64,000 nucleotides of DNA from Candidatus Multivorans sp. (lineage in GTDB: Bacteria; Acidobacteriota; Thermoanaerobaculia; Multivoradales; Multivoraceae): NCBI GenBank assembly GCA_965224025.1, contig OZ245033.1, positions 608,001 to 672,000 of the forward strand. The letters are read 5' to 3'. Position numbers and translations under genes: made by a program. The notes below the pieces were generated by a model. The model searched no databases and was not told the DNA's origin. It was given only the letters and a program-made list of their open reading frames with translations. How positions within the stretch are numbered: position 1 is the stretch's first letter; the number at the start of each line of letters is the position of its first letter. Of this stretch, positions 1 through 9,418 are shown in pieces.

Positions 1-1399
1 GATCGCCGCACCCTTGAGCGGATCGTCCGCCCACTGGTACTCGGGAAGGAGCGTCACCCGCAGGATCCGGCCCGCGACGGCGGCTATACCCAGCGCCGCG
101 ACGCCCGAGGTCGCGACCAGCACGGTGCTCTCGGCAGTGAGCAGGCGTACGACTCCCCATCGGCCCGCGCCGAGCGCGAGCCGGACGGCGAGCTCGCGGC
201 GACGAGCCGCGACCCGCAGCATCAGGAGATTCGACATGTTCACGATCGCCAGGAGGAGCACGACCAGCGTGACGCCTCCCCACGGCGAGGGGCAGTTGCA
301 TCGATTCCTCCAAAGGGGAGGGGCCGCGGCTCTGCATCAGGGGGCCCAGTACCGCGGTCACGTCCGGGTCGTACCAGTCCGAAGGCCACGTTTCGGCGCG
401 CTGCGCCCGAACTAGTGCGGTCGCCGCGTCTGCAGCGGCTTCCGGCGTGACGCCCGCTGCCGTCCGGACGAGCGGCGTAACTGGATAGCCGCTCCCTGGG
501 TCGTCCCAACCGTCGCCTCGGTCGGCCCTGGCCGCGAGATGAAAAGGCAGCCAGACGTCCGGTGCGTTTGGATCGGGCCCTGAGAAGCCGCGCGGCAGGA
601 CGCCGACGATCACGTAGGTGACCTCGTCGAGTTCGAGCGTGGTTCCGAGAGCGTCGGGGGAGCGACCGAACCGCCGGTGCCAGTAGCGGTCGCTGATCAC
701 CGCGACCGGCGCCGCCCCGGGGACGTCGTCGCCGGGACCAAGCAGCGTTCCATGAGCGGGCTGAACACCGAGAAACCGGAAGAACTCACCGGTCGCCGAA
801 GCAGCCTGGAGGCGCTCGGCGGTTTGGCCGGCGCCGTTGTGCAGGGGCCAGGGAGAGCTGCCGTAGCCGGCGACGGCCTCGAATTGGTCGGTAGCCGCGC
901 GTAGCTCGGTGAACTCGTCCCAGTTCAACGTGTCGTCCGCAAAGACTGGCCCAGTGAACTGGCCCAGGTCATCCGGATACCGTTCGCGAATCCAGACTCG
1001 GTGAATCTCTTCGGGACGTTCGATGTGCGGCGGCTGGAGAAAGAGCCGCGACAACATCTCGTACATCGCCGCGTTGAGCCCGATTCCCAGCGCCAGCGTG
1101 AGGACCACCGTGCAGGTGTAGCCGGTGTTGCGCCGCATCATCTGGAATGCGGTACGGAAGTCCCGGAGCAAACGCTCTGCCGGTGCCCAGCCCCAGGTCT
1201 CCCGGGTCAGTTCGCGAATCAGCATGACGTTGCCGAAACGGCGCCTTGCCTGGGCGTGTGCCTGTTCAGGAGGAAACCCGACCTCGATCCGTTCTTCCGC
1301 CTCCTCGGCGAGGTGGAAGCGGATCTCCTCTTCGAGTTCGGCGTCTCGCTGCTGGCGGTCCCAGCTCGAACGCAGGCGAAATAGGAACTGCTTCAGCAT
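1..1399 (-). pseudogene. ADOP/MacB-type ABC permease, copy 1 (runs off the window edge; +1 frameshift near 278-281)
   Basis: Manual translation from ATG 1399 gives MLKQFLFRLRSSWDRQQRDAELEEEIRFHL...GVLPRGFSGPDPNAPDVWLP...MQLPLAVG. An extra G then shifts GGVTLVVLLLAIVNMSNLLMLRVAARRRELAVR into another frame. Paralogous to the next two genes. Confidence 0.85.
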
Positions 1400-1413
1400 C
1401 GGGTTTGGCGGTG

Positions 1414-4146
1414 TTACTCCGCTTCCAGAGCCCGCCGGGGATCAGCGCGCGCGGCCCGGCGGGCCGGAAGGAAGGAGGCCATCACGGCGACGGCAAGGAG
1501 TACCAGCGCCGCGGCGCCGAACGCCAGCGGGTCGCGGGGAGTACGGCCGTCGAAGAGCAGCGGTTCGACGAAGCGACCCGCCCACAACGCGGCGAGCGTG
1601 CCGGCCGCGACACCGGTCGCCGCGAGGGAGACACCGCGCGTCAGTACGACGCGCAGGAGATTGGACGCCCTGGCGCCCAGGGCGCGACGGATGCCGAACT
1701 CGTGTTCGCGCTGTCGTACGCCGAAGGCGATGACGGCATAGAGCCCGATGGCTGCGAGCAACACGGCGAGCGTCGCGGAGGCGGCGAACAGGCGCGTGCC
1801 GGTTCTCCAGGCGCGAATGCGCGATGCGAACTGTGTGGAGAGGTTCCGGACGTGGTGTCCCGGCAGTTCAGGAAACAGTTCGGCCAGGGCGCCAAGCACC
1901 GGCGCCTCGACGCGCCCGGGGCTTGACGCGGTGCGGACGATCAGCGCACGCTGGATGCTCGTCCATCCCGACAGGGCCGGGTCGGATGACGCCTGGGCGA
2001 TGGGCAGGTAGTAGACCGGGTCAGTCTCAGGCAGAGCCCAATTCACTACGGGTTCCACCACGCCGACCACCGTCGTACAGTCGGCGTCGCTGCCGACGAA
2101 CAGACAACGGCCGACGGCGCTCCGACGAGGCCAGACCTGCTGGGCGAACGAGGTATTGACGACCGCGACCTTCTGCGTCCCTTCGCGGTCCCACTCCGTG
2201 AAGCCACGCCCTTCCCGAATGTCCAGACCGGCGACGTCAAAGAAGTTGGCCGTCGTGAGATTCACATGGGGGCCGGAGCGGAACGGCAGGCGGTCGAGCC
2301 CCTCGATGCGCAGGTCGCCGTACGCCGCACCACTTCCCGACATCGGTGAACTCGTACCCTGTGCAACATCAAGCACCTCCGGCACATCCCGTAGGCGGGC
2401 CTCCATGGCATGGACTGCGCTCTCGTCGAGCGGTGCGCCGTCCAGGCCATCCAGACGGGTGTCACCGTGAAAGCTCCCCAGTGTCACCGTGAGCAGGTGC
2501 TCCTTCGCGTAGCCGACGTCCACCTGGCGCGCCGCCTCGAATGAACGGAAGAACACGGCCGTTCCGCTGAGCAGGACGACCGACAGCGCGGCCTGGACCA
2601 CGATCAGGCCGGTGCGGACGGGCGTTCCGAGCGCGCGGGCGCCCCGCGAGCTGTCGAGCTTCTCGATTCCCCGGCTGCGCGCCGCGTACACGGCGGGAGC
2701 GAGGGCCGCCGTCAGGCCGATCCCAAGCACGGCGATTCCGGTGAAACCGATTGCCGTGACGCCCAGCGGATCTTCGGCCCACTGGTAGCTCGGCAGGAGC
2801 GTGCGCCGAAGGGCGTCGCCGGTGACCGCGGCAACTGCCAGCGCAACGACGCCGGAGAGGGCGGCGAGCACCAGGCTCTCCGTCACCAGGAGACGTCCGA
2901 TTCCCCATCGTCCCAGGCCTAGCGCGTAGCGCACCGCCAACTCGCGTCGCCTGGCAGCGACCCGCAGCATCAGCAGGTTCGACATGTTGACGGCCGCGAT
3001 GAGGAGCACCACGAAGGTGATGCCGCCTGCGATCAGCGGCAGGCGCATGTGGCGCCGCAGCGTGGTGGGGCCGCGGGTTCTAAGGATCGGGCCGAGAGCC
3101 ACGGTCGCCTCTTGGTCCAGGGAGTCCGAGAGCCGCGAGCCGGCACGCGCCGCCCGGACGGCGGCCGTCACCGCGGCGCTGGCGGCCTCCTCCGTCGCGC
3201 CGGGCGCCAGCCGGACGAATGGAGTGAGGTAGAAGGTGGTTCCGTACCGTCTCCAACTGTTCCCTCGGCTGGCCGTTGCCGCGTGTTCAAGAGGCAGCCA
3301 TACGTCGACTGCGTTGGAGCGGGGCCCGGAGAAGCCGGGCGGCAGCACGCCGACGACGAAGTAGGTGACGTCGTCGAAGCTGAGGGTGGTGCCGAGCGCT
3401 TCCTCCGCGCTGCCGAACCGCTGCCGCCGGTAGCCGTCGCTGATCACGGCGACGGGCTGCGCCGCCGGATCGTCGTCCTCGGCAGCGATCAACCTTCCGA
3501 CCGTCGGAGCCACGCCAAGGAAGTCGAGGAACTCGCCCGTGACCCAGGAGACCGTGAGGTTCTCGGCGCGTTGACCGCGTCCGTTCGTCCTGAACGAGAC
3601 TCTGTGGCCCGCGACGCCGTCGATCAGTGCGTTGTCGGCGCTCAGGGCGTTGAAGTCGAGCCACTGCATCGCATCGACTACCCAGGTGCGTCCGGTGGAG
3701 GCGCCCCGATCGTCTGGACCGATGCGCTCGCTGACCCAGAGGCGATGAACGCCGTCCGGGTCCTCGATGTGGGGTGGCGCTCGAACAAAGAGGCGGGACA
3801 GCATCTCGTACATCGGGGCGTTGAGCCCGATGCCGAGCGCCAGGGTGAGGACGACGGCGCAGGTGTAGCCGCTGTTGTGTCGCATCATCCGGAAGGCGGC
3901 GCGGATGTCCCGGAGGATTCGCTCCGCGGGCGCCCAGCCCCAGGTCTCGCGGGTCTGCTCGCGAATCAGCGTGACGTTGCCGAAGTTGCGTCGTGCTTCA
4001 ACATGGGCCCGTTCGGGAGGCACGCCGGTCTCGATCTGTTCCTCCGTTTCCTCGGCGAGATGGAAGCGGATCTCTTCTTCAAGCTCGGTGTCCCGCTGCT
4101 GGCGGTTCCAGCTCGAACGCAGGCGAAACAGGAACTGCTTCAGCAT
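1414..4146 (-). CDS. ADOP/MacB-type ABC permease (duplicated MacB_PCD/FtsX), copy 2
   Basis: ELEEEIRFHL N-terminus, LTLALGIG, NMSNLL..RRRELAVR and EFGIRRALGA motifs, ending RAARADPRRALEAE. Start placed at ATG 4146 by homology with copy 1. Confidence 0.93.
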   Translation of the reverse strand: MLKQFLFRLRSSWNRQQRDTELEEEIRFHLAEETEEQIETGVPPERAHVEARRNFGNVTLIREQTRETWGWAPAERILRDIRAAFRMMRHNSGYTCAVVLTLALGIGLNAPMYEMLSRLFVRAPPHIEDPDGVHRLWVSERIGPDDRGASTGRTWVVDAMQWLDFNALSADNALIDGVAGHRVSFRTNGRGQRAENLTVSWVTGEFLDFLGVAPTVGRLIAAEDDDPAAQPVAVISDGYRRQRFGSAEEALGTTLSFDDVTYFVVGVLPPGFSGPRSNAVDVWLPLEHAATASRGNSWRRYGTTFYLTPFVRLAPGATEEAASAAVTAAVRAARAGSRLSDSLDQEATVALGPILRTRGPTTLRRHMRLPLIAGGITFVVLLIAAVNMSNLLMLRVAARRRELAVRYALGLGRWGIGRLLVTESLVLAALSGVVALAVAAVTGDALRRTLLPSYQWAEDPLGVTAIGFTGIAVLGIGLTAALAPAVYAARSRGIEKLDSSRGARALGTPVRTGLIVVQAALSVVLLSGTAVFFRSFEAARQVDVGYAKEHLLTVTLGSFHGDTRLDGLDGAPLDESAVHAMEARLRDVPEVLDVAQGTSSPMSGSGAAYGDLRIEGLDRLPFRSGPHVNLTTANFFDVAGLDIREGRGFTEWDREGTQKVAVVNTSFAQQVWPRRSAVGRCLFVGSDADCTTVVGVVEPVVNWALPETDPVYYLPIAQASSDPALSGWTSIQRALIVRTASSPGRVEAPVLGALAELFPELPGHHVRNLSTQFASRIRAWRTGTRLFAASATLAVLLAAIGLYAVIAFGVRQREHEFGIRRALGARASNLLRVVLTRGVSLAATGVAAGTLAALWAGRFVEPLLFDGRTPRDPLAFGAAALVLLAVAVMASFLPARRAARADPRRALEAE

Positions 4147-4160
4147 CCCGTGTGGCGGTG

Positions 4161-6878
4161 TTACTCGGCCTCCAGCGCTCGACGAGGGTCGGCGCGAGAG
4201 GCCCGGCGGGCGGGTAGCAACGAGGCCATCGCCGCGATGGTCAGGAGCACCAGCGCCGCGACGGCGAATGCGAGCGGGTCGCGGGGAGTCCTGCCGTCGA
4301 AGAGCAGCGGTTCGACGAACCTGCCGGCCCACAACGCGGCGAGCGTGCCGGCCACGACACCGGCCGCCGCCAGCCCGAAGCCTCGCGCGAGCACCATGCG
4401 CAGGAGGCGCGACGCCCTGGCGCCCAGGGCCCGACGGATGCCGAACTCGAGTTCACGCTGGCGTACGCCGAACGCGATGACCGCGTAGAGCCCGATGGCG
4501 GCGAGGAGCACCGCCAGCGCGGCGGAGGCGCCGAACAGACGCGTTCCGATGGTCCACGTACGGATGCGCGGCGCGAACACGGTCTGGAGGCTTCGGACGC
4601 TGTGGCGCGGCAGGTCGGGGAACAGATCCGCCAGGGCGAGGAGCGTTGGCTGCACTACTCGCCCGGGGTTCCCGCGAGTCCGCACGATCAACGTACGCAT
4701 GTTGTTGACGAAGCTGGCCTGAATGGTGTTCGACGAAGCCTGGGAGATAGGCAGGTAGTAGACCGCGGCGCGGTCGGCGTCCAACAGGCCTTTGTCGAGG
4801 GCGGATTCAACGACGCCGACTACCGTCGTGCAGTCGGTGGAGGCGTCGCCGAAAAAGAGGCACTGGCCCACGGCGCCTGTGCCAGGCCAGACGCCGCGAG
4901 CAAACGTCGTGTCTACGACCGCGACCCGCTGGGTCTCCGCGCGATCCCACTCCGTAAGACCACGACCTTCCAAGACCGCCAGGCCTGCTACGCGAAAGAA
5001 GTTGGGCGTCGTGAGGCTCACATAGGGGCCTTCGGTGAACGGCAGGCGATCCAGCCCTTCGACCCGCGGTGCCGGCATCGCTGCCATCGACCACATCGGT
5101 GAGTTCGTTCCCTGGGCGACCTCGAGGACTTCCGGCAGTGACTGGAGTCGAGTCTCCAATGCGTTGATGTTGGTCTCGTGAAGCGATCTCGGGGCGCGAA
5201 AGCCCGCCAGGTCCACCGTGATCAGATTCTCCTTCGCGTAGCCGACGTCCACATGGCGCGCTGCCTCGAATGAGCGGTAGAAGATGGCCGCGCCGCTGAG
5301 CAGGATCAGCGACAGTGCGGCTTGCACGACGATCAGACCGGTACGGATCGGCATGCCGAGTACCGGGGCGCCTCGCGAACTGTCGAGCTTCTCGATGCCG
5401 CGGCTCCGCACTGCATACACGGCGGGGGCCAGGGCCGCCCCGAGGCCGATGACGAGTACGGCGGCTGCGGTGAAGCCGATCGCTGTGCCGTCCAGCGGCT
5501 CTTGGGCCCACCCAAGGCCTGGCAAGAGCGTGACCCGCAGAGGGCGGCCGGCAAGCGCGGCCACGACCAGCGCAGCTACGCCGGAGAGCGCGGAGAGCAC
5601 GACGCTCTCGATAACCAGCAGGCGTCCCACGCCCCATCTTCCCGCGCCGAGTGCATTGCGAACGGCAAGCTCCCGTCGACGGGCCGCGACCCGCACCATC
5701 AGCAGGTTCGACATGTTGGCGGTCGCGATCAGGAGCACGACCAGGGCCGCGCCGCCCACGACCAGGGGCAGGTGCATCTGACCCGGCAACGCGCCGGGTC
5801 CGCGGTTCCGCAGTAGTGGACCCAGCATCACGGTTGGCTCGGGGTCCCGTGCCTCCGGCATCCGCGAAGTGGCTCGCGCCGCGCGTACAGCGGCGGTTGC
5901 CGCGGCGGCCGCCGGTTCAGCCCTCACTCCGGGCGCCAGGCGCGCCAATGCCGTCAGGGAGAATCCAGTGAGCGACTGCCTCCATGAGTCGCCGCGGATG
6001 GCGGTGGCCGCGACCTGGAGAGGCAACCAGATCTCGGCTGCGTTGGGGTCGGGGCCGGAGAAGCCGGGCGGCAGGACGCCGACGATGACGTACGTAACGT
6101 CGTTGAAGCTGAGTCTCGAGCCGAGGGCATCGGGTGAACGCTCGAAGCCTTGCCGCCAGTAGGCATCGCTGATCACCGCGGCCGGTGTCGCCGCCGAATC
6201 GTCGTCTTCGGGTTGCAGCAGCCTGCCCAGGGCAGGTTGAATCCCCAGGAGCGCGAAGAGCTCTCCGGTTACCGAGGAAACCTGCAAGTCCTCGGCGGTC
6301 TGGCCGCGGCCGTTTTGCATCCGTACGGGAGCCGTGTAGCCGGCGACAGCGCTGAACCGGTCGGGGTCATCGCGGAGCGAGCTGAACTCCGCCCAGTCCA
6401 TTCGGTCTCTGGTGGCAGAAGGGCCCGTGAAGACCCCCCGGTCAACCGCATCGTCCCTTTCCCGCACCCAGATGCGGTGAATCCCCTCCGGATCCTCGAT
6501 GTGTGGGGGCGCCTGGAGGAACAGCCGGGAAAGCAGATCGTACGTCGCGGCGTTCAGTCCGATGCCCAGTGCCAGGGTCAGGACCACGGCGCAGGTGTAG
6601 CCGGTGTTGCGTCGCATCGTCCGGAACGAGGAGCCGATGTCCTTGAGGAGGCGCTCCACGGGCGCCCAGCCCCAGGTCTCGCGGGTCCGCTCGCGAATCA
6701 GCGTGACGTTGCCGAAGTTGCGCCGTGCCTCGGCGTGGGCCCGTTCGGGAGGCACGCCAGTCTCGATCTGTTCTTCCGTTTCCTCGGCGAGATGGAAACG
6801 GATCTCCTCGTCTAGCTCGACATCCTTGCGTCGCCGGGACCAGATGGAGCGCAGTCGGTTGTAGAGCGGCCGCAGCAT
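4161..6878 (-). CDS. ADOP/MacB-type ABC permease, copy 3
   Basis: Same motif set as copy 2. ATG 6878 (MLRPLYNRLRSIW) lies just downstream of padR. Confidence 0.93.
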   Translation of the reverse strand: MLRPLYNRLRSIWSRRRKDVELDEEIRFHLAEETEEQIETGVPPERAHAEARRNFGNVTLIRERTRETWGWAPVERLLKDIGSSFRTMRRNTGYTCAVVLTLALGIGLNAATYDLLSRLFLQAPPHIEDPEGIHRIWVRERDDAVDRGVFTGPSATRDRMDWAEFSSLRDDPDRFSAVAGYTAPVRMQNGRGQTAEDLQVSSVTGELFALLGIQPALGRLLQPEDDDSAATPAAVISDAYWRQGFERSPDALGSRLSFNDVTYVIVGVLPPGFSGPDPNAAEIWLPLQVAATAIRGDSWRQSLTGFSLTALARLAPGVRAEPAAAAATAAVRAARATSRMPEARDPEPTVMLGPLLRNRGPGALPGQMHLPLVVGGAALVVLLIATANMSNLLMVRVAARRRELAVRNALGAGRWGVGRLLVIESVVLSALSGVAALVVAALAGRPLRVTLLPGLGWAQEPLDGTAIGFTAAAVLVIGLGAALAPAVYAVRSRGIEKLDSSRGAPVLGMPIRTGLIVVQAALSLILLSGAAIFYRSFEAARHVDVGYAKENLITVDLAGFRAPRSLHETNINALETRLQSLPEVLEVAQGTNSPMWSMAAMPAPRVEGLDRLPFTEGPYVSLTTPNFFRVAGLAVLEGRGLTEWDRAETQRVAVVDTTFARGVWPGTGAVGQCLFFGDASTDCTTVVGVVESALDKGLLDADRAAVYYLPISQASSNTIQASFVNNMRTLIVRTRGNPGRVVQPTLLALADLFPDLPRHSVRSLQTVFAPRIRTWTIGTRLFGASAALAVLLAAIGLYAVIAFGVRQRELEFGIRRALGARASRLLRMVLARGFGLAAAGVVAGTLAALWAGRFVEPLLFDGRTPRDPLAFAVAALVLLTIAAMASLLPARRASRADPRRALEAE

Positions 6879-6895
6879 CGCCTCGGACTCCCGGC

Positions 6896-7237
6896 TCAGT
6901 CCGCCGGGCGAAGAACCCTGGTGACGGCGACCGAGAGCTGCTGCCACCGCGACTGCTCGACCACGAGTTGCCGGCGCCCGGTCCTGGTGAGGCGGTAGTA
7001 CCTGGCCCGCTTGCCCTTGTCGGAGGTCTTCCACTCCGCCACGATCCAGCCGCGCGCCTCCAGCCGGTGAAGCGCCGGATACAGCGATCCGGTCTCGATG
7101 CGGAGCGCGTCTTCCGACACCCGCTGGATGTGTCCGGCGATCGCGTGGCCGTGTGCCGGGCCGTAGACCAGTGTGCGCAGGATGAGCAGGTCCAGGGTTC
7201 CATAGAGAAGCTGATTGCGGGGACTTGCTGGCGTCAT
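6896..7237 (-). CDS. PadR-family transcriptional regulator (acidobacterial type)
   Basis: LLYGTLDLLILRTL..GPAHGHAI..GSLYPALHRLE..RARYYRLTRTGRRQL is the PadR winged-helix signature. Typical partner of ADOP permeases. Confidence 0.95.
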   Translation of the reverse strand: MTPASPRNQLLYGTLDLLILRTLVYGPAHGHAIAGHIQRVSEDALRIETGSLYPALHRLEARGWIVAEWKTSDKGKRARYYRLTRTGRRQLVVEQSRWQQLSVAVTRVLRPAD

Positions 7238-7241
7238 GGTA

Positions 7242-7276
7242 TAGACAAACTACTCCATATGACGTAGATTGTCTAC
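7242..7276. promoter_or_regulatory. Paired palindromic operator in the 42-bp divergent padR/ABC intergenic region
   Basis: TAGACAAACTAC (7242-7253) and GTAGATTGTCTA (7264-7275) are 11/12 inverted repeats. GTAGA-TTG-TCTAC is itself palindromic. Confidence 0.65.
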
Positions 7277-7279
7277 ACC

Positions 7280-7951
7280 ATGAATACGCTGATTCATCTG
7301 GAGAACGTCTCCAAGGTCTTCTACACGGACGAGGTCGAAACCCACGCGCTCGATGGAGTCACCCTGGACATCTGCTCCGGCGAGTACGTGGCGGTTTCCG
7401 GGCCTTCGGGCTGCGGCAAGTCGACCCTGCTGTCGATCCTCGGCCTGCTCGATACGCCGACGGCCGGCGACTACACGCTGAACGGCTATCCGGTGGCGCA
7501 GTTCCGGCAGTCGGAGCGAGCGCGAATCCGCAACCGCGAGATCGGCTTCATCTTCCAGAACTTCAACCTGATCGGCGACCTGACCGTGTACGAGAACGTC
7601 GAGCTCCCGCTCACCTACCGGGGAATCCGGCCGAGGGAGCGGCGCGAGCTGGTGGGCGAGGCACTGGAGAAGGTGGAGATGGCGCCGCGCGCGAAGCACC
7701 TGCCGAGCCAGCTCTCCGGGGGGCAGCAGCAGCGGGTCGCCGTCGCCCGCGCCGTGGCCGGCCAGCCGTCGATCCTGCTTGCCGACGAGCCGACCGGCAA
7801 CCTCGACTCGAGGAACGGCGGCGCGGTGATGGACCTGCTGCGGACGCTGCACGCGGAAGGATCGACGATCTGCATGGTGACTCACGATCCCCGGTACGCC
7901 GACTATGCCGAGCGGGAGATACACCTCTTCGACGGGCGGGCGACGACCTGA
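7280..7951 (+). CDS. ABC transporter ATP-binding protein (LolD/MacB-like)
   Basis: Walker [18 protein letters not shown] signature, Walker [16 protein letters not shown] switch. Confidence 0.97.
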   Translation: MNTLIHLENVSKVFYTDEVETHALDGVTLDICSGEYVAVSGPSGCGKSTLLSILGLLDTPTAGDYTLNGYPVAQFRQSERARIRNREIGFIFQNFNLIGDLTVYENVELPLTYRGIRPRERRELVGEALEKVEMAPRAKHLPSQLSGGQQQRVAVARAVAGQPSILLADEPTGNLDSRNGGAVMDLLRTLHAEGSTICMVTHDPRYADYAEREIHLFDGRATT

Positions 7952-7976
7952 CGGGCAGGCCATCCTGGCGACCGGA

Positions 7977-9230
7977 ATGGACATCGCGAGACCGGACCTG
8001 GCGCGGAAGAAGAAGTTCCGCCGGGTGACGTATTTCTCCGTCGGCGGCGTCCTGCTCGTGCTGGTCACGCTCGCTTTGCAGCAGGTACAGCCGTCGGTGC
8101 CGCGCGTCGACCGCGACGCCTTGTACATCGACACCGTGCGGCGAGGCCCGATGGTCCGGGAGGTGCGGGGCCGGGGAACGCTGGTGCCGGAGAAGATCCG
8201 CTGGATTCCGGCGACGACGGAGGGGAACGTAGAGAGGATCGTGATCGATCCGGGCGCCGAGGTGACGCCGGATTCGGTCATCGTGGAACTCAGCAACCCC
8301 GAACTCGAGCACCAAGCCAGGGAAGCTGAGCTCAATCTGCGCGCCGCCGAGGCCCGGTACGAGAACCGGAAGGTGGAACTCGACAGCGAGCTTCTGATGC
8401 AGCGCGCGGGGCTCGCCAGCGTCGAAGCCGCGCTGGTCGTCGCCCGGCTCGAGGCGGACGCCGACGCCGAGCTGGCGAAGGACGGTCTGGCTTCGGCCAT
8501 CGAGCTCCAGCGGGCGCAGGCGTCGAAGCGGGAACACGAAACGCGCTTTGCACTGGAGGAGGAGCGCCTCGGCATCGCGGAAACGACGAAGGCCGCCAAG
8601 CTCGCCGTCGAGCGGGCGGAAGTGGATCGTCTACGCGCGATCTGGCAACTTCGGCTCGATCAGGTCGCGGCCCTGCAGGTCCGGGCCGGCATGCACGGCG
8701 TCCTCCAGCAGGTGCCAGTCGAGGAGGGGCAGCGCGTTACCGCGGGTACGAGCCTGGCCCGCGTCGGCGACCCGACGGCGCTGAAGGCCGAACTGCGGAT
8801 TGCCGAGACCCAGGCGAAGGACGTCCAGATCGGACAGGTCGCGACGGTCGACACGCGAAACGGGATCGTCCCCGGAAGGGTGGTCCGGATCGATCCGGCG
8901 GTGGAAGAGGGGACGGTGACGGTCGACGTTGCTCTGGAAGGCGACCTGCCGCGCGGGGCGCGGCCGGACTTGACCGTAGCCGGCACGATCGAGCTCGAGC
9001 GGCTCGAGGACGTGCTCTTCGTCGGTCGGCCCGTCGTCGGTCAGGAACAGAGCGAAGTCAGTCTCTTCCGACTCGACGGCGAGGGGAACGGCGCTGCTCG
9101 CACGCGCGTGCTCCTGGGCCGAAGCTCGGCCAACACGATCGAGGTGGTCGACGGGCTGCTACCGGGCGACATTGTGGTGCTGTCGGACATGTCCGCATGG
9201 GACGAGTTCGACCGAGTCCGCATCGACTAG
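7977..9230 (+). CDS. HlyD/MacA-like periplasmic adaptor (membrane fusion protein)
   Basis: MDIARPD start, N-terminal TM segment, VRGRGTLVP, coiled-coil hairpin and lipoyl-like halves. Follows the ABC ATPase. Confidence 0.92.
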   Translation: MDIARPDLARKKKFRRVTYFSVGGVLLVLVTLALQQVQPSVPRVDRDALYIDTVRRGPMVREVRGRGTLVPEKIRWIPATTEGNVERIVIDPGAEVTPDSVIVELSNPELEHQAREAELNLRAAEARYENRKVELDSELLMQRAGLASVEAALVVARLEADADAELAKDGLASAIELQRAQASKREHETRFALEEERLGIAETTKAAKLAVERAEVDRLRAIWQLRLDQVAALQVRAGMHGVLQQVPVEEGQRVTAGTSLARVGDPTALKAELRIAETQAKDVQIGQVATVDTRNGIVPGRVVRIDPAVEEGTVTVDVALEGDLPRGARPDLTVAGTIELERLEDVLFVGRPVVGQEQSEVSLFRLDGEGNGAARTRVLLGRSSANTIEVVDGLLPGDIVVLSDMSAWDEFDRVRID

Positions 9231-9403
9231 CCCATCCAGAAGCCCTTGCGGTGCGAGACGCCGAGCACCTTCTTGCACAGGGCGCAGAAGTAGACGTACC
9301 GCTTGCCGAGGAGTCCCGAGATGGCCCGGAACTGAAGGCGCACGGGCTGCTCGCAGTGCGGGCATAGGGGCGTGATGTCGTTGCGTTCTTCAGCCTGCAT
9401 CAT
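9227..9403 (-). CDS. Small zinc-ribbon-like protein (58 aa, below the ORF-track cutoff)
   Basis: MMQAEERNDITPLCPHCEQPVRLQFRAISGLLGKRYVYFCALCKKVLGVSHRKGFWMG*. Two CxxC motifs and an AAGGAGA SD just upstream. Confidence 0.8.
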   Translation of the reverse strand: MMQAEERNDITPLCPHCEQPVRLQFRAISGLLGKRYVYFCALCKKVLGVSHRKGFWMG

Positions 9404-9418
9404 GGGTTGTCTCCTTGT

